Shown piece after piece: positions 1 through 7,942 of a stretch of 11,621 nt of DNA. The notes below the pieces were generated by a model that saw only the letters and a program-made list of their open reading frames with translations, was not told the DNA's origin and made no database searches. Source of the stretch: Infirmifilum sp. (GTDB taxonomy: Archaea > Thermoproteota > Thermoprotei > Thermofilales > Thermofilaceae); NCBI GenBank assembly GCA_041287245.1, contig JBEULP010000038.1, positions 1 through 11,621 on the forward strand. The letters run 5' to 3'. A program made the translations under genes and the position numbers. Each line of letters opens with the position of its first letter. The stretch's first letter is position 1.

Positions 1-980
1 CGCGCAAGCTTCTCCATATCACTCTTCTTCACACGCCTAACAGCCAAAATACCAGCCTTAGCAAGATAATACTGAGCAACATCATCAATACCCTTCTGGC
101 AGAATACGACATTAGCACCACTCTCCTTAATCTTCTCAACCTTCTTGCGCAGTATCTCGGCCTCCTGATCCAAGAACATCTTCAACTGGTCTGGGGTTGT
201 TACATTGATCTTAGCTGTCCACTCGGGCTTCTCGATCTCGAGCGGCGCGTCTAGGAGGGCGATCTTAGCGTTCTCAACCCTCTTAGGCATCGCAGGGTGA
301 ACAACCTCCTTGTCAAGGACTATTCCCCTGACAAGCGTAGTCTCAGTGATGCTTTCTCCTTTCTTCTTCTCTACCTTTACGTCATCTAGGCTAAGCTTGT
401 AACCTCCATCTTTCTTTTCGACTACCTGGAGGGCCGCATCTACAACTATTTTAGAGAGAAACTCCTTGTACTCAGCTACCACCTTGCTAGAGAGAGCAGT
501 TTGGCTGATTTTTTCGAGAATGTTTCTATCAAGCGGGTTTATCTTCTCTGCGGTTTCGTCGACGATCCTCGTGGCTTCCACAAGCGCTTTTTCGAATCCC
601 TCGGTTATTACAGTCGGGTGAACGTCCTCGTCGATAAGCTCTTCAGCCGCAGTCAGCAGCTGCCCGGCAAGCACAACAACACTTGTTGTACCGTCTCCGA
701 CCTCGTCGTCCTGCGCCTTAGCCACCTCTACAAGCATCTTAGCTGCGGGGTGCTGAACCTCCATCTCTTTTAGTATTGTTGCCCCGTCACCAGTAATTGT
801 GGCATTGCCGAAGGAGTCGACGAGTAGCTTGTCCATCCCGCGCGGACCTAGGGAGGACGCTAGTGCCTCTGCAATGACCTTAGCAGCATAAATGTTTGCC
901 TTACGGGCATCGCGACCCGTCGTACGTTGTGTGCCTTCTTTTAATATTAAAACAGGAATCTGAGTTGCAGGCTGAGCCAT
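1..980 (-). CDS. ths: Thermosome (group II chaperonin) subunit, 5' part; runs off the window start
   Basis: Manual translation from ATG at 980 is open to base 1: [19 protein letters not shown]...[12 protein letters not shown]...[20 protein letters not shown]...[10 protein letters not shown]...[17 protein letters not shown]...CQKGIDD. GGTGA Shine-Dalgarno at 986-990. Absent from the ORF track because it is truncated. Alpha vs beta subunit not determined. Confidence 0.98.
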   Translation of the reverse strand, partial: MAQPATQIPVLILKEGTQRTTGRDARKANIYAAKVIAEALASSLGPRGMDKLLVDSFGNATITGDGATILKEMEVQHPAAKMLVEVAKAQDDEVGDGTTSVVVLAGQLLTAAEELIDEDVHPTVITEGFEKALVEATRIVDETAEKINPLDRNILEKISQTALSSKVVAEYKEFLSKIVVDAALQVVEKKDGGYKLSLDDVKVEKKKGESITETTLVRGIVLDKEVVHPAMPKRVENAKIALLDAPLEIEKPEWTAKINVTTPDQLKMFLDQEAEILRKKVEKIKESGANVVFCQKGIDDVAQYYLAKAGILAVRRVKKSDMEKLA

Positions 981-1017
981 GGAACTCACCTTTAGCATTC
1001 AAGAAAAACATCGCTTC

Positions 1018-1031
1018 TATAAAAACTTTTC
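1018..1031 (-). promoter_or_regulatory. BRE-TATA promoter of the thermosome gene
   Basis: Minus strand reads GAAAAG-TTTTTATA, about 38 nt upstream of the ATG. Confidence 0.7.
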
Positions 1032-1282
1032 TTCTCTGTAACTCCAGACTGAAAGGCGAGCTGCCCATACACAGAAAAGCACTTGTAGATGTCATCGCGC
1101 GCAATACACATTGATGCTAAGTTAAACGTGAGTCTTCGTTGCTAGAAGACCGGACGTTAGCTGTCGCCAACGCAAGGAGTCGTTGAGAACCTTATAAGAG
1201 TAGCTCTTCCAGGGGATTGATGAAGAAAAAACTAAATGTTTTATATTGTAAAGTAACACCACATACTCGCTAGTGGTGTAAA

Positions 1283-1687
1283 ATGAGTAAGAAAGTTGTA
1301 TCATGGGAAAACTTGTTACTCCTCCTCACTGTTGTACTAGCATTGGTTCTTGTCTTCTCGCTGGGGTTTCTACTACATACCCAAGTGCCCCTTGCGGTAG
1401 TGTCAAGCTGGTCTATGGAGCCCACACTACACGTGGGAGACATCGTTGTAGTTGCAGGAGCTAAAAGCTACTCTCCCGGCGAAATAGTAGTATACGAGTC
1501 CCCCTCTGGTTTAATAGTCCACAGAGTTGTTGAGGTTCATAGCACTGAGTATATAACCAAGGGTGACGCGAATCCCTACCCTGACAGCATCCATCCGACA
1601 CAGGAGATGGTTAAGGGAAAGGTTGTCTTCGTTATCCCATATATAGGAAATATTAAGCTTTTCTTCGAGCAACTGATAACTCATTAG
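1283..1687 (+). CDS. Signal peptidase I, archaeal/ER type (S26B, Sec11-like)
   Basis: N-terminal transmembrane helix, then VVSSWSMEPTL.VGD (catalytic Ser), IVHRVV (His) and ITKGDAN..D boxes. Confidence 0.95.
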   Translation: MSKKVVSWENLLLLLTVVLALVLVFSLGFLLHTQVPLAVVSSWSMEPTLHVGDIVVVAGAKSYSPGEIVVYESPSGLIVHRVVEVHSTEYITKGDANPYPDSIHPTQEMVKGKVVFVIPYIGNIKLFFEQLITH

Positions 1688-1740
1688 TTTCTATACGAAT
1701 TATAAAACATTCCATTTTAGTTTTTAAATTGGTTCCTTAA

Positions 1741-1757
1741 AATAAGCATTTATATAT
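1741..1757 (+). promoter_or_regulatory. BRE-TATA promoter of tbp
   Basis: Purine-rich AATAAG followed by TTTATATA (1749-1756), about 32 nt before the GTG at 1788; implies a very short leader. Confidence 0.7.
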
Positions 1758-1787
1758 CCCGTAAGGGTACTTATAAGCTCGTAAGAG

Positions 1788-2380
1788 GTGGTAAAAATAC
1801 CGGAGCCAACATATGAGATTCAAAATGTTGTTGCTTCAGTAACACTTAACCAACGCTTAGACTTGGAGCGTATAGCAGAGCGAATACCTCACGCCGAGTA
1901 TAGCCCGGAACATCCCAGGTCTCCGGACCTGGGATCCGAGAGTTCCCCGGATTGGTACTACGGCTTAACCGTCCAAAGACGGCTACACTGATATTCTCCA
2001 GCGGAAAAATGGTCTGCACAGGAGCAAAATCCGAATCAGAGGTCAAGAAGGCAGTGGGTAGTATAATTAAACTGTTAAAACAGCACGGCATCGACATAAA
2101 AAATGAACCTATAGTTGAGATCCAGAATATAGTTGCTAGTGCTAATCTAAAAACTGCCGTGGATTTGGAAAGAGCCGCTTTTCAACTTGAAAATGCCATG
2201 TACGAGCCGGAGCAGTTTCCAGGACTTATCTATAGAATGAATGACCCGAAGGTCGTTCTTTTAATATTCAGCAGTGGAAAAGTGGTCTGCACGGGGGCTA
2301 AGAAGGAGGAGGAGGTAAAGGAGGCTGTAAACAAGATATACAATATACTTAAGGAACGGGGCGTTCTAATAGAAGAATGA
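1788..2380 (+). CDS. tbp: TATA-box binding protein, split by an intron: join(1788..1911,1941..2380), 187 aa after splicing
   Basis: ORF 1788..1991 encodes [10 protein letters not shown]...AEYSPE and ORF 1952..2380 continues FPGLVLR...[15 protein letters not shown] plus a complete second repeat. Removing 29 nt gives 564 nt in one frame, with AEYSPEQFPGLVLR matching the second repeat [14 protein letters not shown]. Confidence 0.96.
1912..1940 (+). other. Predicted 29-nt BHB (tRNA-endonuclease type) intron in tbp mRNA
   Basis: Central helix CGGA(1906-1909)/TCCG(1935-1938); 3-nt bulges ACA(1910-1912) and AGA(1939-1941); 9-bp intron stem TCCCAGGTC/GACCTGGGA capped by C(UCCG)G. Cuts AC|A and AG|A rebuild codon C|AG (Gln). 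Confidence 0.92.
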
Positions 2381-2422
2381 TAAATAAATAATAAATAATA
2401 GTGAAGGTCTCTTTTCTCTATT

Positions 2423-2929
2423 TTGACAAGACTAGAGGTGTTTGGAACGTCTGCGAGGGAGTTTATTGTAAGAGAAGCTAAGCGCGAAGATCTCGAAGAG
2501 GTTATAAGAATAAACAAAGAAGTGCTTCCTGAGAATTACCCGGCTTTCTACTTCGACATGCATCTTAGGAGCTTCGGCAAGGCCTTTTTGGTTGCAGAGA
2601 TGAATGGCTCTATAGTCGGGTATATTATGTGCAGGGTAGAATACGACGCGCTATACACCAATCCAAACAAAGTGGGTAAAAGAGGACATATAATATCAAT
2701 AGCAGTCCTACCCCATGCACAAGGAAGGGGGATAGGAACAGAATTGATGGTCAAGGCTTTGGATAGTATGAAGAGATACTATGGTGCAGAGGAATACTAC
2801 CTTGAGGTACGCGTGAGCAACGAGGTAGCTCTAAAACTCTATAAAAAACTTGGTTTCAATGTGGTAAAGGTTTTGCCGGGCTACTACCTAGACGGCGAAG
2901 ACGCATATCTTATGGCGCGTCCGGCTTAA
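2423..2929 (+). CDS. GNAT N-terminal acetyltransferase, Ard1/RimI family
   Basis: LPENYP, GHIISIAV..AQGRGIG (acetyl-CoA loop), LEVRVSN..A..LYKKLGF and YYLDGEDAYLM motifs. Start uncertain (TTG 2423 or GTG 2438). Confidence 0.93.
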   Translation: MTRLEVFGTSAREFIVREAKREDLEEVIRINKEVLPENYPAFYFDMHLRSFGKAFLVAEMNGSIVGYIMCRVEYDALYTNPNKVGKRGHIISIAVLPHAQGRGIGTELMVKALDSMKRYYGAEEYYLEVRVSNEVALKLYKKLGFNVVKVLPGYYLDGEDAYLMARPA

Positions 2930-4194
2930 ACCTTTGAAACCTGGTCGGTTAGAGAGTTGTATTGTGCTATCTGAACCCAGTCATATCCGTTCTGCGTTTT
3001 TATAACAGCCCAGACGGCATAGTCTCCCGCTACTCTGTCCCCATTCTGGTCTAGCGCCGTGTTCCCAGTTACGCCGAAGTAGTGTTGGGCTATCGTAGGT
3101 AATGCCTTCGCTATCGCTTCTCCGCTGTATTGGCCTGTAGCCATTACCGAGAGTGCGATAAGCCAGGCGGCGTCGTAAGCATTCATAGCATAGGAGTGGG
3201 GGTACTCGCCTGTTTTCTGCTGGAAGACATGAATAAACCTTTCCTGTTGTGGATTGTTTGCAGGCTGGAAGATTGTACATGGGAAGCCTCCTAGCGATGC
3301 AAGCTGCTGGCCAATCTGGTCTGTAAACTTAGTTGATAAGGCAACACCGTCAGTTCCGTACCACTTTAATTGTGAAAGCGTGGGGTTCTGCACCGCGGCC
3401 TGTATTACCCTTATTCCATCGTCTTCAAAGCTTATGAGTACAACAGCCGTGGCTGCTCCCAGGTTCGACGCTTCCTGGGCTAGTCTTGCCACTTCACCGC
3501 TGACATCCTGCGCGTTTGGATCATAGGGTACTCCTACCACCCTTCCCCCCAGCTCTTGAAATCTTGCACTGAAGGCGTCGTAAAGCCCTTTGCCCCACGC
3601 GTCGTTCCTATAGATGACCGCGGCGTTCTTGAATCCGTCGCTCCATACAAGTCTTGCAAGAGCCCGTCCCTGAAAGGCGTCCGTGGGGACAACGCGGAAA
3701 ATATAGTCCCCTGTAATTGCTAGGGAAGTTGCGGTTGAGCCGATACTGATGACGACTATCTTGTTAGCATCTGCGAACTGCTTGACGCTGCTTACCTCAC
3801 TGCTAGCCTCCAATCCTACAACAGCCTGTACCCCCTGTGCGGCGAGAGCCTGTAGCTTCGATAAAGCCTGCTCGGGAGTTGTAGCAGTGTCTTCTACGAG
3901 AAGCCTAAACCTAAAGGGCGACCCTATGCTTTCAGCAAACGCGTTAATGTCCTGAACTGCTAGTTCGAGGGCGGCTTGATCTCTCTTTCCATAAGATGCG
4001 AGATCCCCGGTGAGTTCTAAAAGTGCTCCTATAGGAACAACTGTGACTTGTTGTTGCGACGTCGAGACAGGTGTTCTGTTGAATAGGACGCTGTTAAGAG
4101 AGGCACCCAGTAGTAAACCTATAATCAGTAGTACCAGGTATAATACAGCTGACCTCACTTTATTATTTCTACTTATGCTTTTTTCTTGGCTCAC
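2926..4194 (-). CDS. Branched-chain amino acid ABC transporter-type substrate-binding protein (LivK/PBP1 family), membrane anchored
   Basis: N-terminal TM helix, IGALLELTGDLASYG, VEDT, YIFRVVPTDAFQG, YRNDAWG, AYDAAW and FGVTGNTALDQNGDR motifs. Ligand not assignable from sequence. Confidence 0.9.
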   Translation of the reverse strand: MSQEKSISRNNKVRSAVLYLVLLIIGLLLGASLNSVLFNRTPVSTSQQQVTVVPIGALLELTGDLASYGKRDQAALELAVQDINAFAESIGSPFRFRLLVEDTATTPEQALSKLQALAAQGVQAVVGLEASSEVSSVKQFADANKIVVISIGSTATSLAITGDYIFRVVPTDAFQGRALARLVWSDGFKNAAVIYRNDAWGKGLYDAFSARFQELGGRVVGVPYDPNAQDVSGEVARLAQEASNLGAATAVVLISFEDDGIRVIQAAVQNPTLSQLKWYGTDGVALSTKFTDQIGQQLASLGGFPCTIFQPANNPQQERFIHVFQQKTGEYPHSYAMNAYDAAWLIALSVMATGQYSGEAIAKALPTIAQHYFGVTGNTALDQNGDRVAGDYAVWAVIKTQNGYDWVQIAQYNSLTDQVSKV

Positions 4195-4373
4195 AAGTCG
4201 CCTCTGAGATTTCTAGAGAATTTAAAGGTAGTGCTTCTAATGAATCTGAAAGAGGGTATCGGGAGTTTTAGAAGTATATATCTTAAATGGACAACTTTAT
4301 ATTCATCCTGGTAACCTAGCTGGGCAAAAAGTTTTAATTTGAATAGAAGCGGTTTAGGTGTGGGGTGTTGTAG

Positions 4374-4529
4374 ATGCCCATAAGGGATCCTGAAAAGCTT
4401 CAGCTGGCTCTGGACCACCACTTCCGAGTAAAGATATGCAGGAGATGCAATGCACGTAATCCCTGGAATGCGGAGAGATGCCGTAGGTGCCACAGCCGGG
4501 ATCTAAGACCTAAACGCTATAGGAAGTAG
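4374..4529 (+). CDS. rpl40e: 50S ribosomal protein L40e (51 aa)
   Basis: Manual translation MPIRDPEKLQLALDHHFRVKICRRCNARNPWNAERCRRCHSRDLRPKRYRK contains the L40e pattern KICRRCxARNP..A..CRRC.S..LRPK. GGGGTG SD at 4362-4367. Below the ORF-track length cutoff. Confidence 0.97.
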   Translation: MPIRDPEKLQLALDHHFRVKICRRCNARNPWNAERCRRCHSRDLRPKRYRK

Positions 4530-4589
4530 TGTTTACGGAGTGCCTAACATTTTTTATTACCCAAACCATCTATACATAATGGATTTAGT

Positions 4590-4802
4590 ATGGGGCGCAT
4601 CGACAAAGGTGAGAAGTGTTCTGTAGAGGGGTGCGATGCGGCGGCGATTAGATCCATTTCTCTAGAAAACTTCAAAAAGAGTGGTCTCCAAGTTAAATTA
4701 AAGGAGGGGACGAAGAGAGTATATCTATGCCGGGAACATTACAAGGAATATAAGAAGCATTTCCGGAAGAACGTTTGGAAAGTTGAAAGGTTCACCCGGT
4801 GA
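4590..4802 (+). CDS. Small basic putative Zn-binding protein (CxxxxC...CxxH), function unknown
   Basis: KCSVEGC...VYLCREHYKEYKK; Lys/Arg rich; stop overlaps the polB start (GTGA); TTTTTATT at about 4551-4558 upstream. Confidence 0.85.
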   Translation: MGRIDKGEKCSVEGCDAAAIRSISLENFKKSGLQVKLKEGTKRVYLCREHYKEYKKHFRKNVWKVERFTR

Positions 4803-7345
4803 AAAGCTTGCTATACCTTTTTTCTGTGAGATACTCGGGCTCTGAAGAACGGGCAGTCCTATATTTCTACGATGACGAGACAGAGTCTATTAAAAAAATA
4901 CCGGACTATAGTGGACACAAACCTTATTTGCTAACCGACCTTACACCAGAGGATATTATTGAGAAGTTCCCAGAGGTTTTAAAGCATCCAGGTTTTAATA
5001 GGCTTGATCTTACCGAGAAATACGACGCCTTAAATGACCGCTGGATCCAGATGACCAAGGTTGAAGCACTAGACCCCCTGTCGATTGGCGGGTCATCCAA
5101 AAGTATCCGTGAAATCCTGAAAAACCACACGTGGGAGTCGAAGATAAAATATCACCACTGCTACATTTTCGACAGGCAGTTAATCCCAGGCATGCCTTAT
5201 AGGCAACAGGATGGAGAGCTTATACTCGAAGAAGTAGAAGTTCCCGAGAGCATACGCAAGCTGGTGCAGAGCCTCTCCGATGACAAGGTACAGGAGACGG
5301 AAATGCTAGAGTGGGCTAAGCTACTAAACGCGCCTATACCGAAAGTTCGAAGAGTAGCAATAGACATTGAGGTGGAGTCGGAGGCTTTCAGGGTTCCAAG
5401 CCCAAAACTCGCCGAAGACAAGGTGATCGCGGTTTCCTTCTACTCCTCAGATGGAAAGAGAGGAGTCTTCCTGCTTAAAAGGGCTGGCAATAATGGAGAA
5501 GGGCAAGTTGCCCTCGAGGGGGCTGAAGTAAGGTTCTTTAGTGAGGAGAGAGAGCTTCTGAAAGCTACTTTCGCACTTCTAGATGCTTATCCAGTTGTAA
5601 TTACTTTCAACGGCGATAACTTCGACATGCCTTACCTCTATAATAGGGCTTTGAAGCTGGGTTTTAAGAAGGAGGATATACCTATCAGCTGGAGCGAAAA
5701 AGCGGACTATGCCGAGCTACGTAACTCAATACATATAGACCTCTATAAGTTCTTCACCAATAAGTCGATGAGAGTCTATGCCTTTGGAAACAAGTACAGG
5801 GAGGGTAACACTCTCGACGAGATAGCCTCTGCATTGCTGGGCAAGGGTAAGGTGAAGCATGATGAAGGAATAGCAGAGATGACGTACCAGCGTCTGGCAG
5901 AGTATAGTTTTCGGGACGCCGAGCTAACATATGCACTGACAGCGTTCGGAGATGACCTCGTCGTCAAGCTGATTATTCTAATGATGAGAATATCCAAACT
6001 TCCGATGGAAGACCTAACCCGACATAACATCTCAGCGTGGATACGCAACATGTTTTACTACGAGCACCGGCAAAGGGGGTGGCTCATTCCCAACCCCGAG
6101 GATATAAGGAGCCTTAAAGGGGAGACGTCAACGCGGGCTGTAATTAAGGGTAAGAAATATCTCGGAGCAATAGTCATCGACCCTATCCCTGGAATATACT
6201 TTAACGTTTTAGTCGTAGACTTTGCCAGTCTATATCCAAGTGTTATCAAAACGGGAAATCTCAGCTACGAGACGGTGCGTTGCCCCCATGAAGAGTGCAG
6301 GAAAAACACGATACCCGGGACACCTCACTGGGTATGCACGCGTAGAAGAGGCATGATGGCTTCAATAATAGGCATTCTCAGGGATCTACGCGTCTACGTC
6401 TACAAAAAAGTAGCTAAAGAGAGCAGGTCAGAGCAGGAGCGGCAGCAATACGAGGTAATTCAATCAGCGTTAAAGGTCTTCTTGAATGCGAGCTACGGTG
6501 TATTTGGTTCCGAGGCCTTTCCACTATACTGCCCTCCTGTCGCGGAAAGCACAACAGCACTGGGAAGATACGCCATTCTAAAAACCATGAGGAAAGCGGT
6601 GGACATTGGCATACCGGTTCTCTACGGTGATACCGATAGCCTCTTCCTATGGAACCCAAGCGCTGATCAACTTGAAAAACTCCTTCAATCCGTTCTAGAA
6701 GAGTTAAAGATAGATCTCAGCATAGATAAAGAGTACAAATGGGTAGTCTTCAGCGAGAGAAAGAAGAACTATCTAGGAGCATTAAAAGATGGGAAGATAG
6801 ATGTTAAGGGCCTCGTTGGGAAGAAGAGAAATACTCCCGACTTTATTAAAAAACTCTTCGCAGACACTGTGACACTTCTCTCCAAGGCTGAAAATATAAC
6901 ATCTTTTGAGCAGACAATCGAGCAAATAAAGGACGACATTAAGGAAACAATTAAACGGTTGAAAAGCAGCGAAATCCCACTCGACGAGCTCGCCTTCAGT
7001 GTCGTCCTAACTAAGGACCTTCAAGAGTATGATAAAACAACCCCTCAGCATAAAAAAGCAGCCCAGCAACTGCTGCAAGAATACAAGAGGCTCTACGGTA
7101 ATGTCCCAGCAAACATCGCCAGGGGCAGCGTAATAAGCTATATAAAGACGCGGGATAAGCAGGGCGTCAAGCACGTCCAGTTGGCCCGTATAGACGAAAT
7201 AGACGTTGAAAAATATTTAGAGGTCATGAAAACCACACTAGAACAAGTACTAGATGCGTTAGAAATAAGTTTCGACGAATTACTCGGCGTACAGTCGATA
7301 GACGAGTTTTTAACAGCTAATCCGAAGAAAAACCCTGGAAGTTAA
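4799..7345 (+). CDS. polB1: Family B DNA polymerase, crenarchaeal PolB1 type
   Basis: Exo motifs AIDIEV and FNGDNFD; polymerase motifs VDFASLYPS, KVFLNASYGVFG, YGDTDS and KKNY; B1-type NLSYETVRCPHEEC..HWVC segment; C-terminal PIP-like QSIDEFL. No intein evident. Confidence 0.97.
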   Translation: MKSLLYLFSVRYSGSEERAVLYFYDDETESIKKIPDYSGHKPYLLTDLTPEDIIEKFPEVLKHPGFNRLDLTEKYDALNDRWIQMTKVEALDPLSIGGSSKSIREILKNHTWESKIKYHHCYIFDRQLIPGMPYRQQDGELILEEVEVPESIRKLVQSLSDDKVQETEMLEWAKLLNAPIPKVRRVAIDIEVESEAFRVPSPKLAEDKVIAVSFYSSDGKRGVFLLKRAGNNGEGQVALEGAEVRFFSEERELLKATFALLDAYPVVITFNGDNFDMPYLYNRALKLGFKKEDIPISWSEKADYAELRNSIHIDLYKFFTNKSMRVYAFGNKYREGNTLDEIASALLGKGKVKHDEGIAEMTYQRLAEYSFRDAELTYALTAFGDDLVVKLIILMMRISKLPMEDLTRHNISAWIRNMFYYEHRQRGWLIPNPEDIRSLKGETSTRAVIKGKKYLGAIVIDPIPGIYFNVLVVDFASLYPSVIKTGNLSYETVRCPHEECRKNTIPGTPHWVCTRRRGMMASIIGILRDLRVYVYKKVAKESRSEQERQQYEVIQSALKVFLNASYGVFGSEAFPLYCPPVAESTTALGRYAILKTMRKAVDIGIPVLYGDTDSLFLWNPSADQLEKLLQSVLEELKIDLSIDKEYKWVVFSERKKNYLGALKDGKIDVKGLVGKKRNTPDFIKKLFADTVTLLSKAENITSFEQTIEQIKDDIKETIKRLKSSEIPLDELAFSVVLTKDLQEYDKTTPQHKKAAQQLLQEYKRLYGNVPANIARGSVISYIKTRDKQGVKHVQLARIDEIDVEKYLEVMKTTLEQVLDALEISFDELLGVQSIDEFLTANPKKNPGS

Positions 7346-7644
7346 GCTAAGGCTTCCTCTATTTTCTTTCTTGCCGCCTCGAAGTCGGGTTGAGTCCCAG
7401 CAATAGGAACCTTAGTCAATACATGCTTTATCTGTCCGTCATCGAATACTACAAAAACCTGCGGTATATCAGCCCCCCCAAGCTCGTCCTTCTCACCGTA
7501 TTTTGTTAGAAATATATAGTCTTCCTCTCTCTCTTCGAATTCAAGACCCTTGTTCGCTGCTATCTCCTGGCATAGCTTCTTCAATTTATCATTGAAATTC
7601 GCCCAGGAAGCTCCCACAAACACCAGTTTAACAGGCTTAGGCAT
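7342..7644 (-). CDS. Thioredoxin/glutaredoxin-fold-like protein lacking CxxC
   Basis: Strand-helix start VKLVFVGASW, DIPQVFVV (cis-Pro-like motif) and C-terminal helix; GGTGA SD at 7651-7655; minus-strand GAAAAAAC-TTAATAAA promoter near 7699-7714. Fold call is inference. Confidence 0.7.
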   Translation of the reverse strand: MPKPVKLVFVGASWANFNDKLKKLCQEIAANKGLEFEEREEDYIFLTKYGEKDELGGADIPQVFVVFDDGQIKHVLTKVPIAGTQPDFEAARKKIEEALA

Positions 7645-7942
7645 ATCTACTCACCAATCGTTCACGCGCCACGCGCGGGTGCTTCTTAGCAACCGGTATT
7701 TATTAAGTTTTTTCCACCCTTCACTGAAAAAGGGCAATTCCGCACACTTCTGGCTAGGGCAACTAAAGCCTGTTATTACACCTACCAAAGAGTGCGGTGC
7801 GCGTGCCAGCTGAAAGAAACTGTAACCCCCTAGGTGCCTATATTTTTCTAGGTGCCATTACACAAATCTCGTAACCTCTTCACATGGTATGCCATGGCGA
7901 TAAAATATGAGAATAAGATAGATTCTGCATTAAAAACTAGTT

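Noticed and set aside
790..801. Thermosome motif ITGDG instead of the usual ITNDG
   Set aside because: A single substitution that I recall in other Thermoproteales thermosome subunits; all other motifs are intact.
1116..1208. Short hairpins (GTCTTC/GAAGAC with AACGT/ACGTT, CAACG/CGTTG, AAGAG/CTCTT) as a possible ncRNA
   Set aside because: Stems of only 5-6 bp, no C/D or ACA boxes and no obvious dedicated promoter; not distinguishable from chance by eye.
501..1304. ORFs 501..773, 896..1114, 901..1104 and 1122..1304
   Set aside because: Antisense or out-of-frame shadows of the thermosome gene and its promoter region, with no recognisable motifs.
1788..2380. tbp as a pseudogene, sequencing frameshift or programmed ribosomal frameshift
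   Set aside because: The defect is a discrete 29-nt structured insert rather than a 1-2 nt indel, no slippery run is present, both halves are intact, and BHB cleavage restores the conserved residue exactly.
4191..4493. 100-aa minus-strand ORF
   Set aside because: Antisense to the clear rpl40e gene and its promoter.
4799..7345. Intein or intron in polB1; minus-strand ORFs inside it
   Set aside because: Length and motif spacing are normal for PolB1; the internal ORFs are antisense shadows.
7550..7813. 87-aa plus-strand ORF
   Set aside because: Overlaps the thioredoxin-like gene and its promoter in antisense; no SD or motif.
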